64,000 nt of DNA, from sequence record MH221129.1; one strand, given 5' to 3'. This document shows positions 54,891 through 63,280 of the stretch, in pieces. The translations under genes and the position numbers were made by a program. The notes under the pieces were generated by a model, which saw only the letters and a program-made list of their open reading frames with translations, ran no database searches and was not told the DNA's origin. Each line of letters begins with the position of its first letter. Position 1 is the first letter of the stretch.

Positions 54891-55430
54891 TTAGTTAGGG
54901 ACACCAAAGCCGTCTAACTCGCCGTTCGTCGTGGAAAGATCAGTTTTCACAACAGCTTCATAGATCGAGTAGACGATAACCGCATCTTCAAATTTCATGT
55001 GGTTACGAATAGTGATGGTGATATCCAACGTTTGTGCGTTCTCACCTTCAGCACGACTAATGGAGAAACTTCCGTTCTCACCGCTGTCGTCTGGCCCCAG
55101 TTCATCAATAGGGTACTGACGTTGTAAGTCGGCGTTCAGCTGGGTGAGAACTGCACTGTCTTCAGCCCAATCGCTGTGATTACCGTCGATGGTTTCACCT
55201 GTGAAACCAACAGGTAAACGACGATACACGAGCGAGATATCGCCAGTGAAATACTGACTTTCTGCTTTGGCTGAGATGTTCAGAATAAAATTAGCAAGAC
55301 TCTCACCTTCGGGAGTCTTGCTACTGCGTGAACCCGCAGAGAAGTCATTAACCGTTAATGGGTGTGGTAGGGTAGGGTTAGCCGCGTTGTACAAATCACA
55401 CAGTTGCTGTTTGGTCGAAATCGTTGCCAT
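54891..55430 (-). CDS. Tail-associated paralog family A
   Basis: LYNAANPTL...FTG..YRR...GELDGFGVPN. Confidence 0.75.
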   Translation of the reverse strand: MATISTKQQLCDLYNAANPTLPHPLTVNDFSAGSRSSKTPEGESLANFILNISAKAESQYFTGDISLVYRRLPVGFTGETIDGNHSDWAEDSAVLTQLNADLQRQYPIDELGPDDSGENGSFSISRAEGENAQTLDITITIRNHMKFEDAVIVYSIYEAVVKTDLSTTNGELDGFGVPN

Positions 55431-55462
55431 GGTTACTCCTTAGTGGCAATTAAAAAATAAAA

Positions 55463-55480
55463 GAGGGGCCGTAGCCCCTC
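55463..55480 (-). terminator. Intrinsic terminator with cUACGg loop
   Basis: GAGGGGC-TACG-GCCCCTC then TTTTATTTTTT. Confidence 0.8.
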
Positions 55481-55488
55481 TGGCTTAT

Positions 55489-56022
55489 TTAGTTAGGAAC
55501 GCCGAAACCGTCCAGTTCACCGTTAGTGGTGCTCAGGTCAGTCTTCACGATCTCCTGGGTGATGGTGTAGACCGCAATAGTGCCTTCCTGGTATTTGATG
55601 TGACCATCTTTTACCAGTACGGTAATCACTTTCGCACCGTCCTGACCATCAGTACGTTCGAAAGTCAGTTCACTGACCGCGAAAGCATCATCGGGGCGAC
55701 CTTTGGCTTGCAAGTCGGTGTTAACAAAAGCCAGCACTTCTTCGTCGGTGTCCCAGTCCGCCTGATCGGCAGTAACGGCTTTGTTACCGATGAGGTTAGC
55801 AGAAGCCATGCGGGTGTAGTGTAATTCTTTCTCGCCGGTGAAATACTGAGACCCACCGACTGCGGTGATCGTGAGTTTGGTATTACGGCCATCGACCGGG
55901 TCAGCAACATAGTCACTTGCCGTGCCGAAGGTAACATCCGCAGAGGTTAACGCTTGCGCCAGACCGGAGTTTTTGGTGTTGAACAAAGCAACGAGTTGAT
56001 CTTGAAATGAAACAATAGCCAT
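55489..56022 (-). CDS. Tail-associated paralog family A
   Basis: LFNTKNSGL...FTG..YTR...GELDGFGVPN. Confidence 0.75.
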   Translation of the reverse strand: MAIVSFQDQLVALFNTKNSGLAQALTSADVTFGTASDYVADPVDGRNTKLTITAVGGSQYFTGEKELHYTRMASANLIGNKAVTADQADWDTDEEVLAFVNTDLQAKGRPDDAFAVSELTFERTDGQDGAKVITVLVKDGHIKYQEGTIAVYTITQEIVKTDLSTTNGELDGFGVPN

Positions 56023-56147
56023 GTTTGTTTCCTCTTAACAGCTATGGGCAGGGTGCATATTATCGAGTTCTTAATTACGTATACGGGGATTATATGACAG
56101 TGCTCAAGGCTGTTAAACAATAAAGTTTCAACCACTAAAGGTGAACC

Positions 56148-56660
56148 ATGAAACATTTACTTTTCGTCTTTGCATTTATTAGCCTATTGACAGGCTGTGC
56201 CATGGCACCCGATAGCAAGGGTCAGTTCAGCACTGTCCCAGTAACCAACCATGACATGGTTATCTATACCTGTACCGGGGCTAACGAAACTTTCTCTGAC
56301 TTCCGTCCAGAGTTAAGCAATTTACAATTGTTACCTCGCGCCGTTACAGTTATCGACGTAGGTGCTAATTGGGTGGCAACCTGGAAAGGCAACAAGCTGG
56401 AATCGCCCCAACTGTATAAAGACCTGCTCGGTAAAGTCGATGGGAATATTGATCCTATTACCGGTCAACGTTTCTATAGACTGAATGCTGTTCTGTCAGG
56501 TTCGCCAACATTCTCGTATTCTACGGTGAACCCGACAACTGGTTCAGGCAAGGGGATGACGTTCTTCCGTTGTACAATCGGGTCAATTGATGAGCCGGCC
56601 ACACCGATGCTGATTACACCCTCGCCAGACCAAAGCGCCGATAAAGTCGACGCGAAATAA
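56148..56660 (+). CDS. Lipoprotein (170 aa)
   Basis: Signal peptide II MKHLLFVFAFISLLTG-C (lipobox LTGC). Confidence 0.8.
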   Translation: MKHLLFVFAFISLLTGCAMAPDSKGQFSTVPVTNHDMVIYTCTGANETFSDFRPELSNLQLLPRAVTVIDVGANWVATWKGNKLESPQLYKDLLGKVDGNIDPITGQRFYRLNAVLSGSPTFSYSTVNPTTGSGKGMTFFRCTIGSIDEPATPMLITPSPDQSADKVDAK

Positions 56661-56667
56661 ACAAGCT

Positions 56668-56694
56668 CTACCCACTCCCGATAGGAGTGGGTAG
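56668..56694. terminator. Bidirectional terminator (CTACCC-type)
   Basis: CTACCCACTCC/GGAGTGGGTAG, T-run downstream. Confidence 0.8.
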
Positions 56695-56791
56695 GCTTTT
56701 ATTTATTTTGCCCTCGCAGAGCGTCTGTAACGCTCCCTAAGAGACTTTCATCGTTAAGACGATAAATGGTGCTGTCTTTCAAAAGGGTGCT

Positions 56792-57307
56792 TTAGATGTT
56801 GACTAAGCGGCTCCAATCGATAGGCTTCTGTTTCACCACTTTAACGGTGCCACGGGACGGTGACCAGTAAGTAATGTCGGGCTGGTTACGCACATCAACG
56901 TGAAGCCAGGTGATGTCACATTCAATAAAGTGAATGAACGGGAACTCATCTGGATGATCCGCGATATAGTCGTGCACCTGTTGCAATGGGGTGTCCAACA
57001 TCGTGGCATCGAACGCATTACCGAACTTGTGCATACTGCCTGAATCAGAATACGCTTTGTAAGCCCGTGTCTGATAATCGCCGCCCTTTGGTTTCTCCTG
57101 GTTAATGAAGAACTGCAGGGTACGCAGACTGCGTTGTTGTTGCGCACTGGTGAGAATCACCATACGACCGAAGCGGTTACGAATCTGTTGCAGCGAAATT
57201 AACAGCAGCGGGTTTAAGAAGCGGATAGCCCCTTCACCGTATTTGCTGATGTACTCTTGCGGCACCAGTTCTTTTAAAGAAAAGTTCGAAGGGTTGGGAT
57301 GGTACAT
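56792..57307 (-). CDS. Peptidase M15 (Zn) peptidoglycan hydrolase
   Basis: NFSLKEL, SMHKFGNAFD (SxHxxGxAxD) and WLHVD zinc motifs. Confidence 0.85.
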   Translation of the reverse strand: MYHPNPSNFSLKELVPQEYISKYGEGAIRFLNPLLLISLQQIRNRFGRMVILTSAQQQRSLRTLQFFINQEKPKGGDYQTRAYKAYSDSGSMHKFGNAFDATMLDTPLQQVHDYIADHPDEFPFIHFIECDITWLHVDVRNQPDITYWSPSRGTVKVVKQKPIDWSRLVNI

Positions 57308-57316
57308 GGTATCTCC

Positions 57317-57958
57317 TTACGGGACCGTCAGAAATGCACGCTTGATGTTCAAGTATTGTGCGTTTACCGGCTGGCCGTTGGTGATGTCGATACGTTCATG
57401 GTCAGGAATACCTGGTTCAACATGTTCACGGAAGAACAGGTAGTTACGATTATAATCCAGGGTCTTCTCAACCGGGCGGCTATATTTCACCTTCTGGTTA
57501 TCGTCAACATACGACGGCCAACCAAACTGATGAACTGCCTCGTAGAACGACTTGCGAATGAAGGCATCGACGTTGAGTGCTTCCATGATGCGCAAGAACA
57601 TCAGGTCAGCAAAAGATTTATCACAAGCACGGGATAAGTTCCCGCAGTCGGTGTCCGGGTAGTTGCCCACTGTCGAGCGCTTCTGATAAAACAAATCGTG
57701 GATACACGCAGCAGGACCCCACGGACCGTCCGGATGAAGAATCGGTTGGAGTGCTGGCGGGATACTTGCCATATCCGTTACAAAACCTTTCGGCGCAGTC
57801 ACAAAAAGTTCCTTGTCGGGCAAAACGCCTGACAGATAAACCATTTTGTCAAGCCCTTCAACACCCCTGTATAAGCTGCGCAGCGTGAAGGCAAAATGGA
57901 AATCGTCCGTGAGAACAAACCACGGTTTCTCTAAGAGCTTATAATTTAATGTTTGCAT
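57317..57958 (-). CDS. DUF1353 family protein
   Basis: PKGFVTDMASIP, AACIHDLFY, ADLMF motifs. Confidence 0.8.
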   Translation of the reverse strand: MQTLNYKLLEKPWFVLTDDFHFAFTLRSLYRGVEGLDKMVYLSGVLPDKELFVTAPKGFVTDMASIPPALQPILHPDGPWGPAACIHDLFYQKRSTVGNYPDTDCGNLSRACDKSFADLMFLRIMEALNVDAFIRKSFYEAVHQFGWPSYVDDNQKVKYSRPVEKTLDYNRNYLFFREHVEPGIPDHERIDITNGQPVNAQYLNIKRAFLTVP

Positions 57959-57965
57959 AACTTCC

Positions 57966-58058
57966 TCAAGCCAGGTATTTGACTAGCGCAAGAATACCCA
58001 TCAGACCAAACAGAAGCGGCATAAGTCCCTTTGGCCAATCGTCGTTGTCGTGTGTCAT
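57966..58058 (-). CDS. Tiny membrane peptide (30 aa, MTHDNDDWPKGLMPLLFGLMGILALVKYLA)
   Basis: Read manually; ATGA-coupled to the upstream micro-ORF; one TM helix. Confidence 0.5.
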   Translation of the reverse strand: MTHDNDDWPKGLMPLLFGLMGILALVKYLA

Positions 58059-58150
58059 GGGGCTACTCTCCGAAAGAAGATTGCGCGAAGCATTTTAAAG
58101 AAACCGGAGTCCTCAGTCTTGTTCTCCGAGGCGGGTGTTGGGCTTGTCAT
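58055..58150 (-). CDS. Micro-ORF (31 aa, MTSPTPASENKTEDSGFFKMLRAIFFRRVAP)
   Basis: Strong GAGGAG RBS; read manually. Confidence 0.5.
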   Translation of the reverse strand: MTSPTPASENKTEDSGFFKMLRAIFFRRVAP

Positions 58151-58179
58151 GACGTTTTCTCCTCATGGCAAAGACTAAA

Positions 58180-58197
58180 GCGCGCCATATGGCGCGC
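58180..58197 (-). terminator. Perfect 18-nt palindrome after the endolysin (terminator-like)
   Basis: GCGCGCCATATGGCGCGC followed by TTTAGTCTTT on minus strand. Confidence 0.55.
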
Positions 58198-58222
58198 ATC
58201 AGGGTTACAAACCAGTTTGACT

Positions 58223-58840
58223 TCACTTGCATATCCCCAGTTTAACCGCGTAGTCAGGCAGTTCTTGATAAATACGGTCATACCAGCCGTACGTGAACTC
58301 TTCATTCTTTTCACGCTTCTCGCTGATATCCGTGTAGTAGTAACATTGATGACAACCCAATGCGAAAACCAGACGTTTCACCCCTTCTGCCCCACGTGCT
58401 TTAATAAAGCCGTTGAGCGCAGTTAGCGTCAGCGTACCGATACCACCGTCGGCATCGATATCCCCGTAAAGCTTTTGTTGGCGGTTGAGCACATTCAGAA
58501 TGCGCTGCAACTCACGAATACAGTTTGCACGACCGGCGTTGATACCAAAGTCAAACATTCTGTCCGCCAGCGCTGGCGAGACAGCCATGATTTGGTCCAG
58601 ACGCATACGCTGCCACCAGAGCTTATCGTAGATAGCAAAAGCGGTAGACTGCGGCATGTCTTTCATTGCACCTTTATAGCCGTACTCATCGGCTGTGGCT
58701 TTAGTGACACCCCAGATGGTTTCTTTACCGAGGTCATTTGGGTTATTGGTGTAACCAGCCTCAATGTTTACTTTGGCACGAATAATGCCCTCTTTACTCC
58801 AACGATCGACCACGATAACCTCCTGAGTTGATAGGGTCAT
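58223..58840 (-). CDS. Glycoside hydrolase family 108 endolysin with PG-binding domain
   Basis: EAGYTNNPNDLGKETIWGVT (EGGY...D.GG.T.GIT), FDFGINAG, DADGGIGTLT, FTYGWY.R. Confidence 0.9.
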   Translation of the reverse strand: MTLSTQEVIVVDRWSKEGIIRAKVNIEAGYTNNPNDLGKETIWGVTKATADEYGYKGAMKDMPQSTAFAIYDKLWWQRMRLDQIMAVSPALADRMFDFGINAGRANCIRELQRILNVLNRQQKLYGDIDADGGIGTLTLTALNGFIKARGAEGVKRLVFALGCHQCYYYTDISEKREKNEEFTYGWYDRIYQELPDYAVKLGICK

Positions 58841-58850
58841 AAAAAGAAAG

Positions 58851-58872
58851 CCTCTCCCCCGAAGGAGAGAGG
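58851..58872 (-). terminator. Intrinsic terminator with cUUCGg loop
   Basis: CCTCTCTCC-TTCG-GGGGAGAGG then CTTTCTTTTT. Confidence 0.8.
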
Positions 58873-58878
58873 ACAGTG

Positions 58879-59766
58879 TTACGGTTGCACAAGTTCTAAC
58901 ACAAGCATCACTGTGGCGCGGGTGCCTATTGCAATCCCAGCACCCAACACTTCGTTGTTAGCAGCTACGACGTTAGACGCGGTATTTTCTTTGGTCCAGT
59001 GTGGACTGATAGTAATCCAGCCGGATGTGGTGTCAAAGAGACGTGTACGCGCGGACGGGTCATTACTGATAGTAGAAGAGTTCAGGCGACTGATAACGTC
59101 TTTCCATTCACTTCCCTGCATGTCGGCAGTTCCCGTGATGTACTCGCTCGTCGGCTTAGCTGAAATGCGTGGCAGTCGAAGTATATATTCCAACCCGTTG
59201 ATTTCAATGACAGTGCGTTGGTTCACCGCCCCAGCGTCACCAAGCGGTGTTTTACCGAAGTCATTCGTTCCGTAAACCAGTCCAGCATTATACAGCTCGT
59301 TCCAGGTTGCAGTCACGATGTTACTGTCAGGAACATAAATGATATTACCGTTATGCACCATCTTGAACCAATAAGACGGATTCCAGGCGCTACCCCATGT
59401 CCCCAATGCAGGAACCTTTAATCGCAAATCGGGACCTGTGATAAAGTCGGCAACAGGCAGCATTTCCATAAAGCCAGCAGCCCACGTACCACGTAAAGGC
59501 GTATCGCGCCCTGGTCCGGTTTCCGAGAAATACCCACCAACCTGATCTTCACCCCATGCGCGTTCTTCGCCTTTGACTGCCGCTAAACGGTAATGCCAGA
59601 GTTCTTTGTTACGCACGTCGGTGTCTTCGAACTCAACTGCGGTTCCAGCAAGCGTTTTGTAAGGCGCACCGGGATTGCTGATATCGATGACGTTGGCAGA
59701 ACGGTATATCTCAATCGCGTCAAGCTGTTGCGCAGACTGATCGTTCCAACGCAGTTTAATGCCCAT
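58879..59766 (-). CDS. Tail-associated paralog family B (FN3-like N-domain)
   Basis: KLRW...IEIYR...EDT; GPG...G; WFKMVHNG.IIYVP; C-terminal LELV. Confidence 0.75.
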   Translation of the reverse strand: MGIKLRWNDQSAQQLDAIEIYRSANVIDISNPGAPYKTLAGTAVEFEDTDVRNKELWHYRLAAVKGEERAWGEDQVGGYFSETGPGRDTPLRGTWAAGFMEMLPVADFITGPDLRLKVPALGTWGSAWNPSYWFKMVHNGNIIYVPDSNIVTATWNELYNAGLVYGTNDFGKTPLGDAGAVNQRTVIEINGLEYILRLPRISAKPTSEYITGTADMQGSEWKDVISRLNSSTISNDPSARTRLFDTTSGWITISPHWTKENTASNVVAANNEVLGAGIAIGTRATVMLVLELVQP

Positions 59767-59775
59767 AAATTCTCC

Positions 59776-60819
59776 TTACAGTGTTACGTCTGCGGTTGTT
59801 TCGACCAGTTCCAGGATAGGGACCCATTGCGAGTTTGCCGTGACACCCTGAATTGTCAGTTTTTGAGGATGACCTTTTGTATCAGCCGTGGTACTACTAT
59901 TGTAAGAATAAATGTAGTTACGCTGGCCGCGTGTCAAACAGTTGCCGTTAGCTACACGCTCTTGCACAGCAATACGTCCACGTGCGGCTTCCACCCCAGC
60001 GCTGCTGCTATTGCTCGTTGCGCCACTGCTTAACAACCATTGCTGGAAATTAAGTTCCGCAAAGTTTTCAGTACGTTGTTTGAGAGGTACCCAACGTAGC
60101 AACGAATAGAACAGGTCGTTATACTCGTTATCTTGCGCAACAGCCAATGTGTCGTGATCAACGGTAGCGGTGTTCCAGTCGCCGATGTCGGCGAAGCTGC
60201 CGTCGTTATATCCGCGCATCAAACGGATTTTGTAGGTTGAGCCTTTGAACTCAAACGTGGTTAACTGATTAGTTGGTGTTAACCCGGTGGTTGATAGAAT
60301 CCCTTCCGGGAATTCAGCATCAATACCGTGAACGAATCCAGCGTGGTATAAGTTCGTGTAGGAAACATCACCGAGGGTGGTAGATGGCATGTAAAGAATT
60401 TTTCCATTGCGAACGAACTTATGCCAAACAAAGGTTGCCAGTGACGACGGCAGCCCATTGGTTGATTTTCCGGCAGCCACAACATCCAGGTTAGTGACAA
60501 AGTCCGCAGTTAAAACCGTGCCGTAATAACCGATGTTATCATCGCCGTACATCAGTGTAGAAGGCCCGACGCCCCGGTTATCGGCTACTAACACTTGTTG
60601 ATTCGGCGTAAGAACCAGATCGTTGGCGGTCTTTACGCCAAAGACGTAGTAGTACGTGTTACCAAATGCGGCATCTTCATCTATCCAAGAGGTTTCTCCT
60701 CCAGTTAATTCAACCAGGGGTTCAGGTAACGCAGACGAATCGAGCGGCGCGTCCCCACGATAAATCACCACGCTGTTTGCAACAACGTTGGTGTTTTTCC
60801 AGGATAATTTCAAGGCCAT
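59776..60819 (-). CDS. Tail-associated paralog family B
   Basis: KLSW...VIYRG; GPS...GYYG; WHKFVRNGKILYMP; ILELV. Confidence 0.75.
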   Translation of the reverse strand: MALKLSWKNTNVVANSVVIYRGDAPLDSSALPEPLVELTGGETSWIDEDAAFGNTYYYVFGVKTANDLVLTPNQQVLVADNRGVGPSTLMYGDDNIGYYGTVLTADFVTNLDVVAAGKSTNGLPSSLATFVWHKFVRNGKILYMPSTTLGDVSYTNLYHAGFVHGIDAEFPEGILSTTGLTPTNQLTTFEFKGSTYKIRLMRGYNDGSFADIGDWNTATVDHDTLAVAQDNEYNDLFYSLLRWVPLKQRTENFAELNFQQWLLSSGATSNSSSAGVEAARGRIAVQERVANGNCLTRGQRNYIYSYNSSTTADTKGHPQKLTIQGVTANSQWVPILELVETTADVTL

Positions 60820-60828
60820 GTTAATTCC

Positions 60829-62346
60829 TTATTGAAAACCATTGAGTTCGCCATCGCAGTTCGCGAGGTCAACTGCCACGTGTGCAACAGATTCGAAACG
60901 GACGCCGAACGGAGAAACTAAAGAAGAGAAGTTCAAATCACCGACGTTACGCGGTGGTGCAAGCTCAAGCCCGTAACTCGTAAATCCATTAACCGTACTA
61001 GAGAAATCGATATCCGTGACTTTCACCACCGGGTTACCCACAGGGTGTGCCATCAGTGGCGGCTGTATGGTACGCTGATACGTACTCTGAATATCGGTGA
61101 GACGTACGACCATGTCCGCATCGCGAGTTTGGTCAATGTTTAGGAGCGGAGGAAGAATCTTTCCAACAACCCGACCACTGATTCCCTCAACCGGCAAAGT
61201 AACGTCTTCACCGTCGGTTAGAATCAACAGCACGCGACCATTCGTTCTTGCGGTTCTGGCCACACTTTCAACGCTGCCTTCGTTGGGTGATGTGTATATC
61301 ACGTTCCCATCGACATCAGCTCGTCCATTGACCCAGACGTGTGCAGTAGACGCATCAAAGTCGGAGACCGTTAATAAGTCCCAGGTTCCCGTTCCGTAAG
61401 ATTGCCTGTGTACTTTGTTAAAGAGTCTGGCCGGCTCACCGGTTGGGTCACCGCGCGACGGAGTTATCGGGTCAGTTGTCGAAACCTTCGGTAAGCGCAC
61501 CCGGAAAAATTGTCTTCCTTCGCCTGTTTCCAATACGACATACTTCCGCTGTTTTACAGGTTCGTTCGTAACAAATTCTGACCCACTGTCGTCACGATCG
61601 TATACTGCGCCAAGCGCATAATAGTCATTCCATGCAACTTTCGTAAACAGGTTTTGACAAGGGAAATAAACAATCTCGCCATCCAGTGCAAATTTCAACC
61701 AGGTTAATGCGTCAGTGACAGAAACTGCCCCTTGAGTACCTTGTCCCGCCAAGAGTGCTTGATAGATTTCTCTACCCCCGACCAACTCGGTAGAAGACAC
61801 CACGCCAAAGTATCCCTCATCCATGGTACCCATCAGCATGTATTTTGAACCTGGTCCGGAGTCAGGATAGTACCCTGCGTAACCGCGTTGCCATTTAAAC
61901 TTCAAAGTGCCGGTAAATGATAAACAGCTGGTGTTAATAGCCAAGGAAACTTCTGTAGGACTTCGACCCAGACCCAATGCTGTGTTTGGGGATACCAGGT
62001 CGTCGGCTGTTAAGGTTATCCCCAGCGCGTCCTTGATCGTTGGTAACAAGTCAGCATTGGTGACTACGTCGTTAGGCACCGTCAACACTAACTTATCTGG
62101 TAACCCGTTATAAAGTGTCCCCACATTGATTCGATCGTAAAAGAAATCCCGCTTACCTACGAAACCCGCGCCTGTTCGACCGTTCAGCACTACGCGGGTA
62201 TTTCGCCCGCTAGTACCCAATCCGTTAGTCGCGGGACCTTCGAGTACAATAATTGTCTCTCCGCTCAAGACGTAAGGTAAGTCGGGGTTATCACGCATAA
62301 TTTGCTGGCATAACAAACCCAGCGCATTTTTATCGTACAACCCCAT
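60829..62346 (-). CDS. Hybrid family A/B tail-associated protein (505 aa)
   Basis: Family A N-terminus (RDNPDL..FVG..FYDR) and C-terminus (GELNGFQ) around a family B core (GPG..GYFG..WLKF..YFP). Confidence 0.75.
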   Translation of the reverse strand: MGLYDKNALGLLCQQIMRDNPDLPYVLSGETIIVLEGPATNGLGTSGRNTRVVLNGRTGAGFVGKRDFFYDRINVGTLYNGLPDKLVLTVPNDVVTNADLLPTIKDALGITLTADDLVSPNTALGLGRSPTEVSLAINTSCLSFTGTLKFKWQRGYAGYYPDSGPGSKYMLMGTMDEGYFGVVSSTELVGGREIYQALLAGQGTQGAVSVTDALTWLKFALDGEIVYFPCQNLFTKVAWNDYYALGAVYDRDDSGSEFVTNEPVKQRKYVVLETGEGRQFFRVRLPKVSTTDPITPSRGDPTGEPARLFNKVHRQSYGTGTWDLLTVSDFDASTAHVWVNGRADVDGNVIYTSPNEGSVESVARTARTNGRVLLILTDGEDVTLPVEGISGRVVGKILPPLLNIDQTRDADMVVRLTDIQSTYQRTIQPPLMAHPVGNPVVKVTDIDFSSTVNGFTSYGLELAPPRNVGDLNFSSLVSPFGVRFESVAHVAVDLANCDGELNGFQ

Positions 62347-62359
62347 TCTAATATCCTCG

Positions 62360-63277
62360 TTAATTAAGAACTAATTCAATGACGTGTTGAACGAAGCAGG
62401 CTGTATCCATATTCACATATGTCGGAGACATCGGTGATGCCGCTAAGAATACCATACCGTATAGATTGCTGTAACCATTAGCAAACAAGGTCACACCCTG
62501 TACGTTTGTCCCTGAGCCGCTCGCAGGACGTTCGACGTGATCAAAACGACGGACCCATCCATTGTAACGGTAGATACTATCGATGGTGTTCCACCACTCG
62601 CCTTCCTGTGCGTATGAAGCAGGGGAGCCATAGTAGTTAGTGTTGTCAGCATTCTGCGTATAATCCACCATCCTCGGCAACCGTAACACGTATTCGAATC
62701 CGTTTTTATTAAACGTTTTACGTTGATTCACCCCGGTGACGTTATTTGGAATACGCTGCCCGGTATCATCAGTGCCCCACATCAGTCCCTGATTGTATTG
62801 TTCTCGCCAGGTTGTACTGACCTTCGTGCCGCTGTCAGGGATAAAGAGAATACGACCTTTAAACACGAACTTATGGAACAGCGTGACGTTTTGGTTCCAG
62901 GCGGTGAAACCGATTAGGCCATTTAGTTCCGCAGCATTGAGAATAAACTCGGTATTGGAAAGTGTGCCGAAATAACCACGCCACCAATCGCCACGAATAA
63001 GTTCCTGTGGCCCTGGACCAGTGTAGGGAAAGTCACCCTGCACAATTGGCATCCCCATGACCTTGTCGTTGCCCTTAACTGAAACGATACGGTATTGGTA
63101 AGTAGTCCACGGAGCTGTGGTGGTGTCTTCGTACGTGGTTGCATTCCCTGGCAATACCACAAGTGGCGACCCTGGACTATTTGGGTTAACGCTTTGTCGT
63201 GGATTGACGTAGCGATAAATTTCGATAGAGTCCAGCGTTTGACCAGGCTGCTGTTTCCAATTCAAAACAATAGACAT
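62360..63277 (-). CDS. Tail-associated paralog family B
   Basis: VLNW...IEIYRY; GPGP..GYFG; HKFVFKGRILFIP; VIELV. Confidence 0.75.
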   Translation of the reverse strand: MSIVLNWKQQPGQTLDSIEIYRYVNPRQSVNPNSPGSPLVVLPGNATTYEDTTTAPWTTYQYRIVSVKGNDKVMGMPIVQGDFPYTGPGPQELIRGDWWRGYFGTLSNTEFILNAAELNGLIGFTAWNQNVTLFHKFVFKGRILFIPDSGTKVSTTWREQYNQGLMWGTDDTGQRIPNNVTGVNQRKTFNKNGFEYVLRLPRMVDYTQNADNTNYYGSPASYAQEGEWWNTIDSIYRYNGWVRRFDHVERPASGSGTNVQGVTLFANGYSNLYGMVFLAASPMSPTYVNMDTACFVQHVIELVLN

Positions 63278-63280
63278 AAT

